From the NCBI GenBank assembly GCA_964583985.1, contig CAZOYD010000054.1, positions 1 to 23,877 of the forward strand: a DNA stretch of 23,877 bases, read 5' to 3'. Shown here piece by piece: positions 10,238 through 19,157 of the stretch. A model generated the notes under the pieces. That model was not told where the DNA came from. It was given only the letters and a program-made list of their open reading frames with translations, and did not search any database. The position numbers and the translations under genes were made by a program. How positions within the stretch are numbered: position 1 is the first letter of the stretch; each line of letters starts with the position of its first letter. The stretch comes from an uncultured archaeon (lineage in GTDB: Archaea; Asgardarchaeota; Lokiarchaeia; Sigyniarchaeales; SOKP01).

Positions 10238-11005
10238 TTAAAGTCCGGGATCAGAAAAAGAATTTTTTGAATAGAGGATTTCAGTATTCTTTTTCCTTAA
10301 TTCTTCCATTAATGCTTCTTCTGTAAATTCCCTTATATTCAATAAGGTCCATCCATGTACTCCTCCACTTTCAAAATTGTGTGGATCATGCATATCTGTT
10401 CCTGTCAGCATTCCAATCTCTCCTTTATGCTTCAAGCAAAAATTATAAGATTCTTGATCAAAAACATTTTCAGGGAGTGAATCATCATTGACAATTTCAA
10501 TATAATCTATGCCCCATTCTAAAAGTGTTTCTCGAGATGGGTGATTCTTATATTTTGCTTCATTTATGCTCCATGGAATGTGATTGCAAACAACTATTCC
10601 ATCTAGATCGTGAATTTTATTAATTACCTCTATTATTTTTCCATCCTTAGGTTTGTATGGCACTCGCTCATCCCATTTTGAAATTCCTAAGAAATTAAGA
10701 TGAAGTCTGGTAGTAGTCCATTCAAATCCATTTAATATAATAAATCGCTTGTGAGCATATTCTTGCTTAATTCCGTTAATTTTTTCCATATATCGCATGT
10801 TGTTATGATCAGTAATTGCTATGGCATTGAATCCCATCGCAATATGCCATTCTATATTCTGTTTAATTGTAAGTTTGCCATCACTATAATGCGTGTGCGA
10901 ATGATGATCAAATACAACATTATGCTTAGATTTATCATATCCTGGGGGATTATGAGGTATAAGATCCTTCCAATTGTTATCAGTATATGTGTAACTCTTA
11001 TTCAT
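10238..11005 (-). CDS. PHP-domain metal-dependent phosphoesterase/hydrolase
   Basis: DHHSHTHYSDG, AITDHN, GFEWT..HL, NHIP, EIVN and GTDMH metal-ligand motifs. Confidence 0.9.
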   Translation of the reverse strand: MNKSYTYTDNNWKDLIPHNPPGYDKSKHNVVFDHHSHTHYSDGKLTIKQNIEWHIAMGFNAIAITDHNNMRYMEKINGIKQEYAHKRFIILNGFEWTTTRLHLNFLGISKWDERVPYKPKDGKIIEVINKIHDLDGIVVCNHIPWSINEAKYKNHPSRETLLEWGIDYIEIVNDDSLPENVFDQESYNFCLKHKGEIGMLTGTDMHDPHNFESGGVHGWTLLNIREFTEEALMEELRKKNTEILYSKNSFSDPGL

Positions 11006-11029
11006 TGTTCAATACTATATTTTCAAGAA

Positions 11030-12520
11030 TTAACTATTTTCTATTATCTCCAAACCCAACAATTTAGCTGCGATTTGAAAATGCTCCTTCCAATCTCCTA
11101 AAAAGGATACTCGATGCCAACCAAAGGATTCCCAGTCATAGTTTTCTAATATTTCTTTGGCATTAGTATCGACTAAGACTTTTGTTATACAACCTCCTTT
11201 ATCAGTAGGATTATCGACAATTGTCCCCGTTCTTATCGCGATCTTTTTCTCTAAAACACTAACTTTAACCGTTGTTAATATCTCGCCAATTGGGAATTTT
11301 ACTCTAGGTGAAGCTCCCACGATCTCTGTTTCGCCATGATGTAAAATTTCATAATCGGCAAGAGGACCGTCAATGCCATGAAGAACTCTAGGACAAACGC
11401 AATGCATGTATGTTATCTGATTATTAATCAAATGGAACGTATGATTGGAAACAAATCCAGGTCTCCCGGTCAAATAAAATCCTAAAATGAAACTAATTGA
11501 AGAATCCATGTCAGATTCACAGATTCCATTAATTCCTTCATTAAATAATTCTAAAAACGCCATACATGGATACGCAGGCATTTTCCCGCATAATAATAAC
11601 GTTCCACAATCTGGTGTAAAGAAGTTAATCTTCTTTTCGTTTAAGAGTCTTTTAAATGCTAAGTATAATTTTGCGGAGTTTAAAATGGTCTTTTCAGTAG
11701 GTTCAACCTTTAAAGCATCTTTAACCCATTTCGCAGCTATTTCTTTAACTTCACTATCCTTAATTTGATCATAATAATTGATAATCTCTTCCGGATCTTC
11801 TCGGATCATCTCAATACCAAAAATGGATTTTAGATTCTCTTCATATTTTGGTATATCTTTTCTCCATTGATGAGCTTGATCCTTTCCAACTAAATCAATA
11901 TAGAATTTGGAGTCTTCACTCTTCATCCGTGCAACTTGTTCTATATATTCCGGATAATTCTTTAGTATTTCCTTGCGCTCTGGATTTACTAATCCCATAA
12001 TGCGTGACCAATCCATCTGCGCAGATTCAAGAGCATACACTAAAACCTTATTCCCTCTTATCTTGACAATGTTTTTTAAGACCTCAATTGGTTTATCCAT
12101 ATTTTCTATGTTCCGAGAAGATACCGGAAATATCGGATACTTTTGATCTTTGAGAATTGAATAAAGTTTTGTGAAGGTATGATCACCTGTATAAATAATG
12201 TTTGCAAGAATAACAGGTTTTCCGGATTGGATTATTTCTTTCCCTACTTCTATTATATCTGGATTTCCATAGTGCCCTATTGTAAAAATTATTATTCCCC
12301 CTGCTTGTGAGATCTCCTCTTTGGCTTTTTTCATTACGCTTTCATCATATGTTGTAATAATATCGCTGGAATTAAATTTAACATTAGGAAAGCGATTATT
12401 TAAATGTTCAAGAATGGAAGATTTTAACGGTTCACTATCATACCCTAAATATGGCCATCCTGCTTCCCATTGTGGCTTGCCAATAAAGAAAATTTGAATA
12501 TCTATAATATTTAAACCCAT
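11030..12520 (-). CDS. L-fucose/L-arabinose isomerase superfamily protein (uncharacterised sugar isomerase)
   Basis: C-terminal half has PDC...PCMAF..L...GICESD, GRPGFVSN, YMHC, G..LTTVK, CITKV and WHRV..GD, the pattern of FucI/AraA-like proteins with Glu/Asp/His metal ligands. Confidence 0.75.
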   Translation of the reverse strand: MGLNIIDIQIFFIGKPQWEAGWPYLGYDSEPLKSSILEHLNNRFPNVKFNSSDIITTYDESVMKKAKEEISQAGGIIIFTIGHYGNPDIIEVGKEIIQSGKPVILANIIYTGDHTFTKLYSILKDQKYPIFPVSSRNIENMDKPIEVLKNIVKIRGNKVLVYALESAQMDWSRIMGLVNPERKEILKNYPEYIEQVARMKSEDSKFYIDLVGKDQAHQWRKDIPKYEENLKSIFGIEMIREDPEEIINYYDQIKDSEVKEIAAKWVKDALKVEPTEKTILNSAKLYLAFKRLLNEKKINFFTPDCGTLLLCGKMPAYPCMAFLELFNEGINGICESDMDSSISFILGFYLTGRPGFVSNHTFHLINNQITYMHCVCPRVLHGIDGPLADYEILHHGETEIVGASPRVKFPIGEILTTVKVSVLEKKIAIRTGTIVDNPTDKGGCITKVLVDTNAKEILENYDWESFGWHRVSFLGDWKEHFQIAAKLLGLEIIENS

Positions 12521-12583
12521 AATTTGCGCCTTTTATTAGTCATTTTAACAAGTTTATTTTAACCTTATTTTATTTTTATATAA

Positions 12584-14938
12584 TTAAAATTTAAGTGTTT
12601 TAATTTTCCACGGTCCCATTTCAATACTTTTATTATTTAATGAAGCTATTTCTTTAAAATTAAAATTAATTTCTTTTAATTGGTTTTTTATAAGATCTCC
12701 TTTTATTTCAAGATAAATTTTATCATCAGATGGATTAAATAATCGAAGATATGTATCTTCTTCACGACGCCATAAATTTGCTATTGAAACAAGAGGATTT
12801 AATGACAAGAAGGATGTATTTAAACTGTTAAAATTAGTTTTTTTATCAAATATATGTCCAATTATTCTAAAATAATAAGTATACACGAAAAATAATGGAG
12901 ACTGATTCTCCACTATTGATATACAAAATTCATATTTTCCATTACCAGGGATAAGATTAGAAATCCGAAAGGTTTCTTGATTAATTACAAATTTTTGGCT
13001 ATTTTTTTGGATATAAATCAAACCTTGTTGTGGTCCCTTTAACCATAGAAAATCTAAAGATTGGATTTTCGTTCTTTTGGTCTTTTCAATACCGAAAGGA
13101 TAATTTATAAAAGCGGCTTTAATTTGAATTTGTGGTATGATAATAATTCCACTCAATCCATTTGAATCTAATATAAATTCAAGCCTATTAATATCATTGT
13201 ATTGAGTGATTTGTAATTTGAATTTATTGCCTTTAATATTTCCAATGATCTCGATTATCTCTTCTATATTATTGCTCACTTTTTGATTTATTTCTAATTT
13301 ATAATGCATTTTAGAATTAAATTGAATTTCACAGACAATTTCACTTTTAAATTCAACTTGTATTGTCTGTAAATCATTTAAGATATGAATATCAAACAGA
13401 AAGCATGGTTTCTCATTTTCTATATCTTTTAAAAATATGTGAGTATATCCATACCCAGGCACTTCTGAAATAATTTTTTTTTCAAAATCTTCAATTACAA
13501 CGACATCTCGTCTTGGATAAGGTGTTGGATTAAATATTATTAAATATTCTTCAGAACTCTCTGAATTCTTCGCCATTTGTTTGAAAGCGTTCTTAATGTA
13601 AGCTTTACATTTTTTTTGAATATCTGAAAATATTTGAATGCTTAAATCTGATATCGAAATATTACCCTGTGGTAGATTTAGCTTTTCAAATTCTTCCTTG
13701 GGTAATTGTGCTCGAGAATAGTCCCCTGTTTTAATAAAAGGTACAGCAAAACTATCATGGGCTTGAGCAAGCAATAACTTTTGCCATAATTCTTCGAAGA
13801 AGGAATCACTAGATTTCTCATTTAATTGTCCTAATATTGTATTCATAAATTCTGCAGAAACCAGAGATATTTCAGCATTCCTATTTTGTAGTAATAGCTC
13901 TGAAGTAAGAACAGTATAATCTCCAATCAAAAATTGATCTCTTAAGAACTTGTATTCACCTTCTTTGGTGAATATTTGGAAAGCATCTGAACAAAGTAAA
14001 AATTTTCCTATTATTTCCGAAGATTTGGTTATTCTCCACACTTCTTCTTGTAAAGGAAGCTCATTCATAAAGTCTTCGATACAAGAATAAAGCATATATT
14101 CCATATAAGGTCGTCCAACTGCTTGAAAGAGTAGATTTGGTATTTCTTTAAAAAAAGTTCCGTGCCAAAATTCTCCATTAAACACGCCAGATTGATCAAT
14201 TAAGGCATCAATAGACGTATTATCTAACCCTATCCAGCTAATTAGCGCTGAGCTCGACGTAGGATTTACTCCCAGCAATCTTGTCCTCAATGACCCAAAC
14301 TTTATATCGAACCCTTTAAGAATTTGAGGAATTTGGGGGTGTATGGAGCTCTCAGAACAATAAAATAAATCGCAAGGTAAATTCAAATCTCTTAATGCCT
14401 TAAAGCCATATTCAAAATGTTTAATATTAGCTTCTGGACTAATGATTAAGTTATAAGGTTGCGAATATGAGGGATTTATTATTTCAAATTTTCCTTTATT
14501 AAATAATTCTACAAATCGTGAAAATGATAAGGAGGAATGAAGTTTTAGCCATTCTAAACAACAAATCGCAATTTCAAGATTATAAGGCATATTAGTTTTT
14601 AATGCGAGTTCCATTTTTTTAATTAGAGTAGACAATGCGTATTCTGGAGAATCAAACTCACAAAATCCCGTATCTTCAATGATTACACCTCCATGAGCGC
14701 CAAACAAGAAAAATAGAGGAATATGTAGATCTTGTTGAATAATTGCTTTTAATTTTTGAAGTACTCTATTAAACGTCTTCTCTTTTATCTCTACATCATT
14801 TTGAGACTTGAGTGATCCTACGTTATCAATAAGTTTTGAGAAATTGATTTGTTTCTTCCTAATAATATTCTTTTCTGAAAATTCTTTAATTAAATAAATT
14901 ACTTTTTCTAATGCTAAAATATCTTCTAATTCAATCAT
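12584..14938 (-). CDS. Divergent glycoside hydrolase family 38-like (GH38/GH57 fold) protein
   Basis: FEIINPSYSQPY...ISPEANIKHFEYG, HPQIPQILKGFDI, WIGLDNTSI, LWQKLLLAQAHD, IFNPTPYPRRDVV, LRLFNP and PWKIKTL follow the GH38 domain order. ATG 14938 lies 4 nt after the upstream stop and is preferred over the overlapping TTG 14968. Confidence 0.7.
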   Translation of the reverse strand: MIELEDILALEKVIYLIKEFSEKNIIRKKQINFSKLIDNVGSLKSQNDVEIKEKTFNRVLQKLKAIIQQDLHIPLFFLFGAHGGVIIEDTGFCEFDSPEYALSTLIKKMELALKTNMPYNLEIAICCLEWLKLHSSLSFSRFVELFNKGKFEIINPSYSQPYNLIISPEANIKHFEYGFKALRDLNLPCDLFYCSESSIHPQIPQILKGFDIKFGSLRTRLLGVNPTSSSALISWIGLDNTSIDALIDQSGVFNGEFWHGTFFKEIPNLLFQAVGRPYMEYMLYSCIEDFMNELPLQEEVWRITKSSEIIGKFLLCSDAFQIFTKEGEYKFLRDQFLIGDYTVLTSELLLQNRNAEISLVSAEFMNTILGQLNEKSSDSFFEELWQKLLLAQAHDSFAVPFIKTGDYSRAQLPKEEFEKLNLPQGNISISDLSIQIFSDIQKKCKAYIKNAFKQMAKNSESSEEYLIIFNPTPYPRRDVVVIEDFEKKIISEVPGYGYTHIFLKDIENEKPCFLFDIHILNDLQTIQVEFKSEIVCEIQFNSKMHYKLEINQKVSNNIEEIIEIIGNIKGNKFKLQITQYNDINRLEFILDSNGLSGIIIIPQIQIKAAFINYPFGIEKTKRTKIQSLDFLWLKGPQQGLIYIQKNSQKFVINQETFRISNLIPGNGKYEFCISIVENQSPLFFVYTYYFRIIGHIFDKKTNFNSLNTSFLSLNPLVSIANLWRREEDTYLRLFNPSDDKIYLEIKGDLIKNQLKEINFNFKEIASLNNKSIEMGPWKIKTLKF

Positions 14939-14942
14939 TATC

Positions 14943-15614
14943 TTATGGTAAAGGCCTCTCTTTCTCAATATCAGCGGGTTGTCTCCCTTTTTCTAATTGT
15001 TCAAACCACCATTTATCTGTAGAAATTATCTCTTTAGCTTTTTTTAACACATTTTCTATGTTTTCTTGAGCAACTATTATTACACCGTTAATATCTCCAA
15101 AAACTAAATCTCCCGGTGTAATTATTCTTACTCCACATTTAACGGGTTTCATCACTGATTCTAAATCTACAATCATTCTTCCCCTTATTGACGAACAAAT
15201 AATACCTCTTGCAAAAATAGGAAAATTAAGTGCAATAACTTGTGACATATCCCTAACTGGACCGTCTACTAAACCGCCTCTAAAACCTAAGCCTTGTAAT
15301 AATCTACTTGTACTCTGTCCAAGCCCAGCAGCATTCATATTATCTGACATGTCTACACACATGATAGGAAACTTAGGGGTCTTTCTTATATATTTCACAA
15401 GTTTAGCGATGATATTTCTATCCAACGGTTCTTCAGAGGGAACCATTTTCATTGTTCCAGCGTAACCTAGAATCCTAGCTCCTGACCACATTGGTCTAAT
15501 TCCTGCATCTATAAACGCGGGTTCAAGTCCTAACTCATCAATTGCATCAGACACAGCACAGGTATATAATTTTGAATATTCTGCTAGTATATATTCTAAT
15601 TTGGTATCATTCAT
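14943..15614 (-). CDS. RraA / HMG-CHA aldolase family protein (class II pyruvate aldolase-like)
   Basis: AVSDAID..G, GYAGT, GLG, GGLVDGPVRD (catalytic Arg-Asp), FPIFARG, PGDLVFGDINGVIIV. Confidence 0.9.
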   Translation of the reverse strand: MNDTKLEYILAEYSKLYTCAVSDAIDELGLEPAFIDAGIRPMWSGARILGYAGTMKMVPSEEPLDRNIIAKLVKYIRKTPKFPIMCVDMSDNMNAAGLGQSTSRLLQGLGFRGGLVDGPVRDMSQVIALNFPIFARGIICSSIRGRMIVDLESVMKPVKCGVRIITPGDLVFGDINGVIIVAQENIENVLKKAKEIISTDKWWFEQLEKGRQPADIEKERPLP

Positions 15615-15710
15615 GTTTGTTAAGCTTTAAGAATTTATTAAAATATAATAAATAGATTGATACTTTTTTTATTATAAATTTAATTACACCAATCTCAAAC
15701 ACTGGTTAAA
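15615..15710. promoter_or_regulatory. Divergent promoter region between the aldolase-glycosidase-isomerase run and the dehydratase
   Basis: 96-nt AT-rich spacer between head-to-head ATGs. TATA-like elements lie about 25-40 nt upstream of each start (TTATAAAT near 15672 on +, TTTAATAA near 15642 on -), consistent with leaderless archaeal transcripts. Confidence 0.45.
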
Positions 15711-17381
15711 ATGAATGATCAAGATTTATCTTTGAAATCGAGAAGTGATCGAATATTTGAACATACAAAAACCACGCCTTTTAATTACGTGACAAGAGGG
15801 ATAATTAAGGGAGTAGGATTAAATGACAAGGATATTGATAAAAAACCTTTTATAGGTATCGCTAATTCTTGGAATGAAATTAATCCTGGGCATACACATC
15901 TTAAATCATTAGCCGAAGCTGTAAAGTATGGAATTTTGGAGACAGGTGGCATACCGCTTGAATTTTGTACCGTAGCACCTTGTGATGGATGGGCTAATGG
16001 AAATGAAGGAATGCGTTATATATTACCGCATAGAGAAATCATTGCAGATTCTGTTGAATTGATGGTTGAAGCCCATAGTCTAGATGCATTAGTGACTCTT
16101 TCTAGTTGTGATAAGATCAATCCTGCAATGTTGATGGCAGCCATTCGATTAGATATCCCAACTATTTGTGTTCCAGGAGGTCCAAGCTTTTGGGAAATTG
16201 AATTTTCACCGGAGTATTCAGGAATCGATGAGAATAATTATGATAATTTTTCTGATAAGGTAAAATGCGTGACATGCGCAAGTTATGGTGCTTGTGAAAT
16301 AATGGGAACCGCAAATACATTTCAATGCATAATGGAGGCATTTGGAATGACTTTACCTAATGCAGCAACTATTCCTGCGGTGAGCAATATGAAATACCTC
16401 TTAGCTCGAAATTCTGGAAGACAAGTAATGCAATTACTCAAGGATGGAATAACACCGTCTCAAATAATGACTAAGAAATCTTTTGAGAATGCATTGATGG
16501 TTGATTTAGCAATTGGTGGATCTACTAATTCTGCTTTACATTTACCAGCTATTGCCCATGAGATGGGAATAGATTTTGATTTAGAGCTGTTTAACAAATT
16601 CAGTAAGAAAATTCCAACTATCGCGAACATATACCCATCGGGAAATTATGGTGTTGTCGATTTATACAAAGCGGGAGGTATTCCTGCAGTAATGAATAGA
16701 ATAAAAGATTATCTTAACTTAGAATGCATGACAGTCTCGGGTAAACCTTTAGGAAAGACCTTTAAAAGATATAAAGTATTAGATGATGATATTATTAGAC
16801 CATTGAATAATCCTGTTTTCCCCGAAGGTGGAACCGTAATTCTTAAAGGTAATTTAGCCCCAGATGGAGCAGTTATTAAGCAATCTGGTGTTAAACACAA
16901 AGATATGCTTAAATTTACAGGACCAGCTAGATGTTATAATTCCGAAGGAGAGGCTCTTGAAGATTTAGCCATGAATAAAATCCCAAATGGATCGGTCCTT
17001 ATTATTCGATATGAGGGTCCTAAAGGAGCCCCCGGTATGCCGGAATTATTAGCTGTAACGGCAACTCTAATGTTAAAAAAGAAATTAGATCGTGTTGCAT
17101 TGATTACTGATGGGCGATTCTCTGGTGGTACTTCTGGTCCTTGTATAGGTCATGTAAGTCCTGAAGCATACGTAGGTGGTCCGATTGCGATTATTCAAAA
17201 TGGAGATCTGATTGATATCGATATACCTAATAGGACCCTTAATGCAAAAATTAGCGATGATGAGATTAAGGATAGGTTTAATCGATGGAATCCCGTTGAA
17301 AACCCTGTTAAAAGCAAAGCACTACTTAAATATAAAAAATTAGTATCCTCTGCCGCAAAAGGAGCTATTTTACAATTCTAA
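15711..17381 (+). CDS. ilvD: IlvD/Edd-family dihydroxy-acid dehydratase (possibly a sugar-acid dehydratase)
   Basis: KPFIGIANSWNEINPGH, PCDG, CDKINP, GACEIMGTANT, GGSTN, LKGNLAPDGAVIK, RYEGPKGAPGMPE, TDGRFSGG, GHVSPEA. Confidence 0.93.
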   Translation: MNDQDLSLKSRSDRIFEHTKTTPFNYVTRGIIKGVGLNDKDIDKKPFIGIANSWNEINPGHTHLKSLAEAVKYGILETGGIPLEFCTVAPCDGWANGNEGMRYILPHREIIADSVELMVEAHSLDALVTLSSCDKINPAMLMAAIRLDIPTICVPGGPSFWEIEFSPEYSGIDENNYDNFSDKVKCVTCASYGACEIMGTANTFQCIMEAFGMTLPNAATIPAVSNMKYLLARNSGRQVMQLLKDGITPSQIMTKKSFENALMVDLAIGGSTNSALHLPAIAHEMGIDFDLELFNKFSKKIPTIANIYPSGNYGVVDLYKAGGIPAVMNRIKDYLNLECMTVSGKPLGKTFKRYKVLDDDIIRPLNNPVFPEGGTVILKGNLAPDGAVIKQSGVKHKDMLKFTGPARCYNSEGEALEDLAMNKIPNGSVLIIRYEGPKGAPGMPELLAVTATLMLKKKLDRVALITDGRFSGGTSGPCIGHVSPEAYVGGPIAIIQNGDLIDIDIPNRTLNAKISDDEIKDRFNRWNPVENPVKSKALLKYKKLVSSAAKGAILQF

Positions 17382-17712
17382 AATAAGATAAAATAAATTA
17401 TGATTTTAGAATATTATATGGTTTTATTGGAATGAATGGTTCCGATTGAAATTTGGCTCTTTTCCACTTTCCTTATATTAAAATATGTATTAAAAATATT
17501 TTTGAAAGCGGTCATTAATTTTGGTAATCTTGACCAAATCCTATTTATTGCATTAAAAATTAGCACTTTCACATCCTAGAATTTAGGAAGGATACATTTA
17601 TAGAAATAACATCCAATCTCATTTTTTCAATGAGGGAAATTCGAAAGGTGGTATATTTAAATGTTTAACTTTATTATGACTATTTAATTTTAATTGAGGA
17701 GATTATCTTAAA

Positions 17713-19092
17713 ATGAGTGAACAAGAAAAACCTGTATCATCAAAAGTTAAAATTTCTTTTGCTTTGGGCAATATTGGAGGATTAGCTATAGGTCAATCTT
17801 CAATTTTACTATTGTATACCTATTATTTTTTATATATTGGTGTTCCACTTCATCCTATTGTTTTGGGTTTAATTTTAATGATATATGGTATTTGGGATGC
17901 ATTAAATGAACCTATCATCGGTTATCTTTCAGATTTTACGAAGTCACGATGGGGACGAAGAAAGCCATTTATAATGGCTGGCATAATTCCATTAATTATC
18001 TTTGGCTTTCTAATTTATACGCCTCCGCTTTCAGATTCAGTAGCTGCTGGACTTTATTTAATAATTATGCTCTTTTTGTATGATACATTCGTGACGATGG
18101 TGGTAACAATGTGGTTTTCTTTATTTCCTGAAATTTCGTTAAAACAAGAAGAAAGGCTATCAATTTCCAAATATTTACAAATCTTCGGAGTATTTGGGCT
18201 CATTTTTGGGTTAGGAATAGCACCCTTGATAGCAGGATCTTTTTCCGAAGTGGGAATGGGATATTCAATAATGGGATTAGCCATTGGTGTTCTCACTGCA
18301 TTATCAGTAATTCCAACGATCCTTTTTGTGAAAGAACGTAAAGAATTTCAAATTCAAGTTGAACAGAAAGTCAAATTTATAAAGTCGCTGAAAATCGCAT
18401 TTAAAAGCAAATCATTTAATTATTACGTAATGGTTCAATTTCTGCTCCAACTCTCTTATTCTTTGGTGCTCTCAAGTTTACCATTGTTCTTTGAGGGCGT
18501 GTTAGGGTTAGAATCGGTCGAATGGGCATTACAGCTGCTTTTAGTATTTGTTGTTGTTATTCCAAGCTTATTTTTGTGGATTAAAATAGCATCTACCAAA
18601 GGAACCAAATACGCTTTATTTTGGTCCATGGTTGCTTTTTCAGCAGTTTTTCCCTTCGTTTTTCTAGTGTTTAATTCCTTAACAATGATGGTGTTACTTC
18701 TACTGGCAGGAATTGGCTTGGCTGGAGTGATGTTATTTCCAACCATTTTATTAAGCGATGTAATTGATGAAGATCAGTTAATTACAAAAACTAGGAGAGA
18801 AGGCCTTTATAATGGTGTTTCTGGTGTGATTGTGAAGCTTGCAAATTCAATAAGCTGGTTATTGTTAGGTTTTATGATAACTCTATTCCAAATAGATAGA
18901 AATAACCTAAATCCTCTAAATATTACAGCTTTGAATGATATTGGGCTCAGAATATCAGTAGGATTGTTGCCTGTCCTCGTTATCATTATAGGATTGTTTT
19001 TTCTGTATAAATATCCTTTAGCAGGAAAACATTTGAAAGAAGTAAAAGAGCAAGTCAAGTTAATTAACGAAGAACTATCTAAAAATAAATAA
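17713..19092 (+). CDS. Glycoside-pentoside-hexuronide (GPH, MelB/UidB-like) cation:sugar symporter
   Basis: IWDALNEPIIGYLSDFTKSRWGRRKPF, ERLSIS and SDVIDED...RREGLYNG motifs. About 12 TM segments. GAGGAG RBS upstream. Confidence 0.92.
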   Translation: MSEQEKPVSSKVKISFALGNIGGLAIGQSSILLLYTYYFLYIGVPLHPIVLGLILMIYGIWDALNEPIIGYLSDFTKSRWGRRKPFIMAGIIPLIIFGFLIYTPPLSDSVAAGLYLIIMLFLYDTFVTMVVTMWFSLFPEISLKQEERLSISKYLQIFGVFGLIFGLGIAPLIAGSFSEVGMGYSIMGLAIGVLTALSVIPTILFVKERKEFQIQVEQKVKFIKSLKIAFKSKSFNYYVMVQFLLQLSYSLVLSSLPLFFEGVLGLESVEWALQLLLVFVVVIPSLFLWIKIASTKGTKYALFWSMVAFSAVFPFVFLVFNSLTMMVLLLLAGIGLAGVMLFPTILLSDVIDEDQLITKTRREGLYNGVSGVIVKLANSISWLLLGFMITLFQIDRNNLNPLNITALNDIGLRISVGLLPVLVIIIGLFFLYKYPLAGKHLKEVKEQVKLINEELSKNK

Positions 19093-19094
19093 AA

Positions 19095-19147
19095 ATAATT
19101 CTCTTGTACTCCTCTCACAGAGGAGAATATGAATTATCTATTTTTTT
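19095..19147. terminator. Stem-loop plus T-tract between convergent GPH and AOR genes
   Basis: Perfect CTCCTCT-cac-AGAGGAG stem (19109-19125), outer arm ATAATTC/GAATTAT (19095-19101/19131-19137), then T7 at 19141-19147. Confidence 0.6.
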
Positions 19148-19157
19148 GTTTTCAAGC

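Noticed and set aside
17400-17579. Frame with an internal TGA (MILEYYMVLLE*MVPIEIWLF...), considered as a selenoprotein or a 47-aa membrane peptide; also the antisense ~52-aa ORF
   Set aside because: No redox or Cys-homologue context, no SECIS-like element and no RBS recognised. The hydrophobicity is explained by T-rich DNA.
19093-19157. Hairpin as a possible SECIS element
   Set aside because: No AUGA/GA quartet on the stem, and neither flanking gene has an in-frame TGA.
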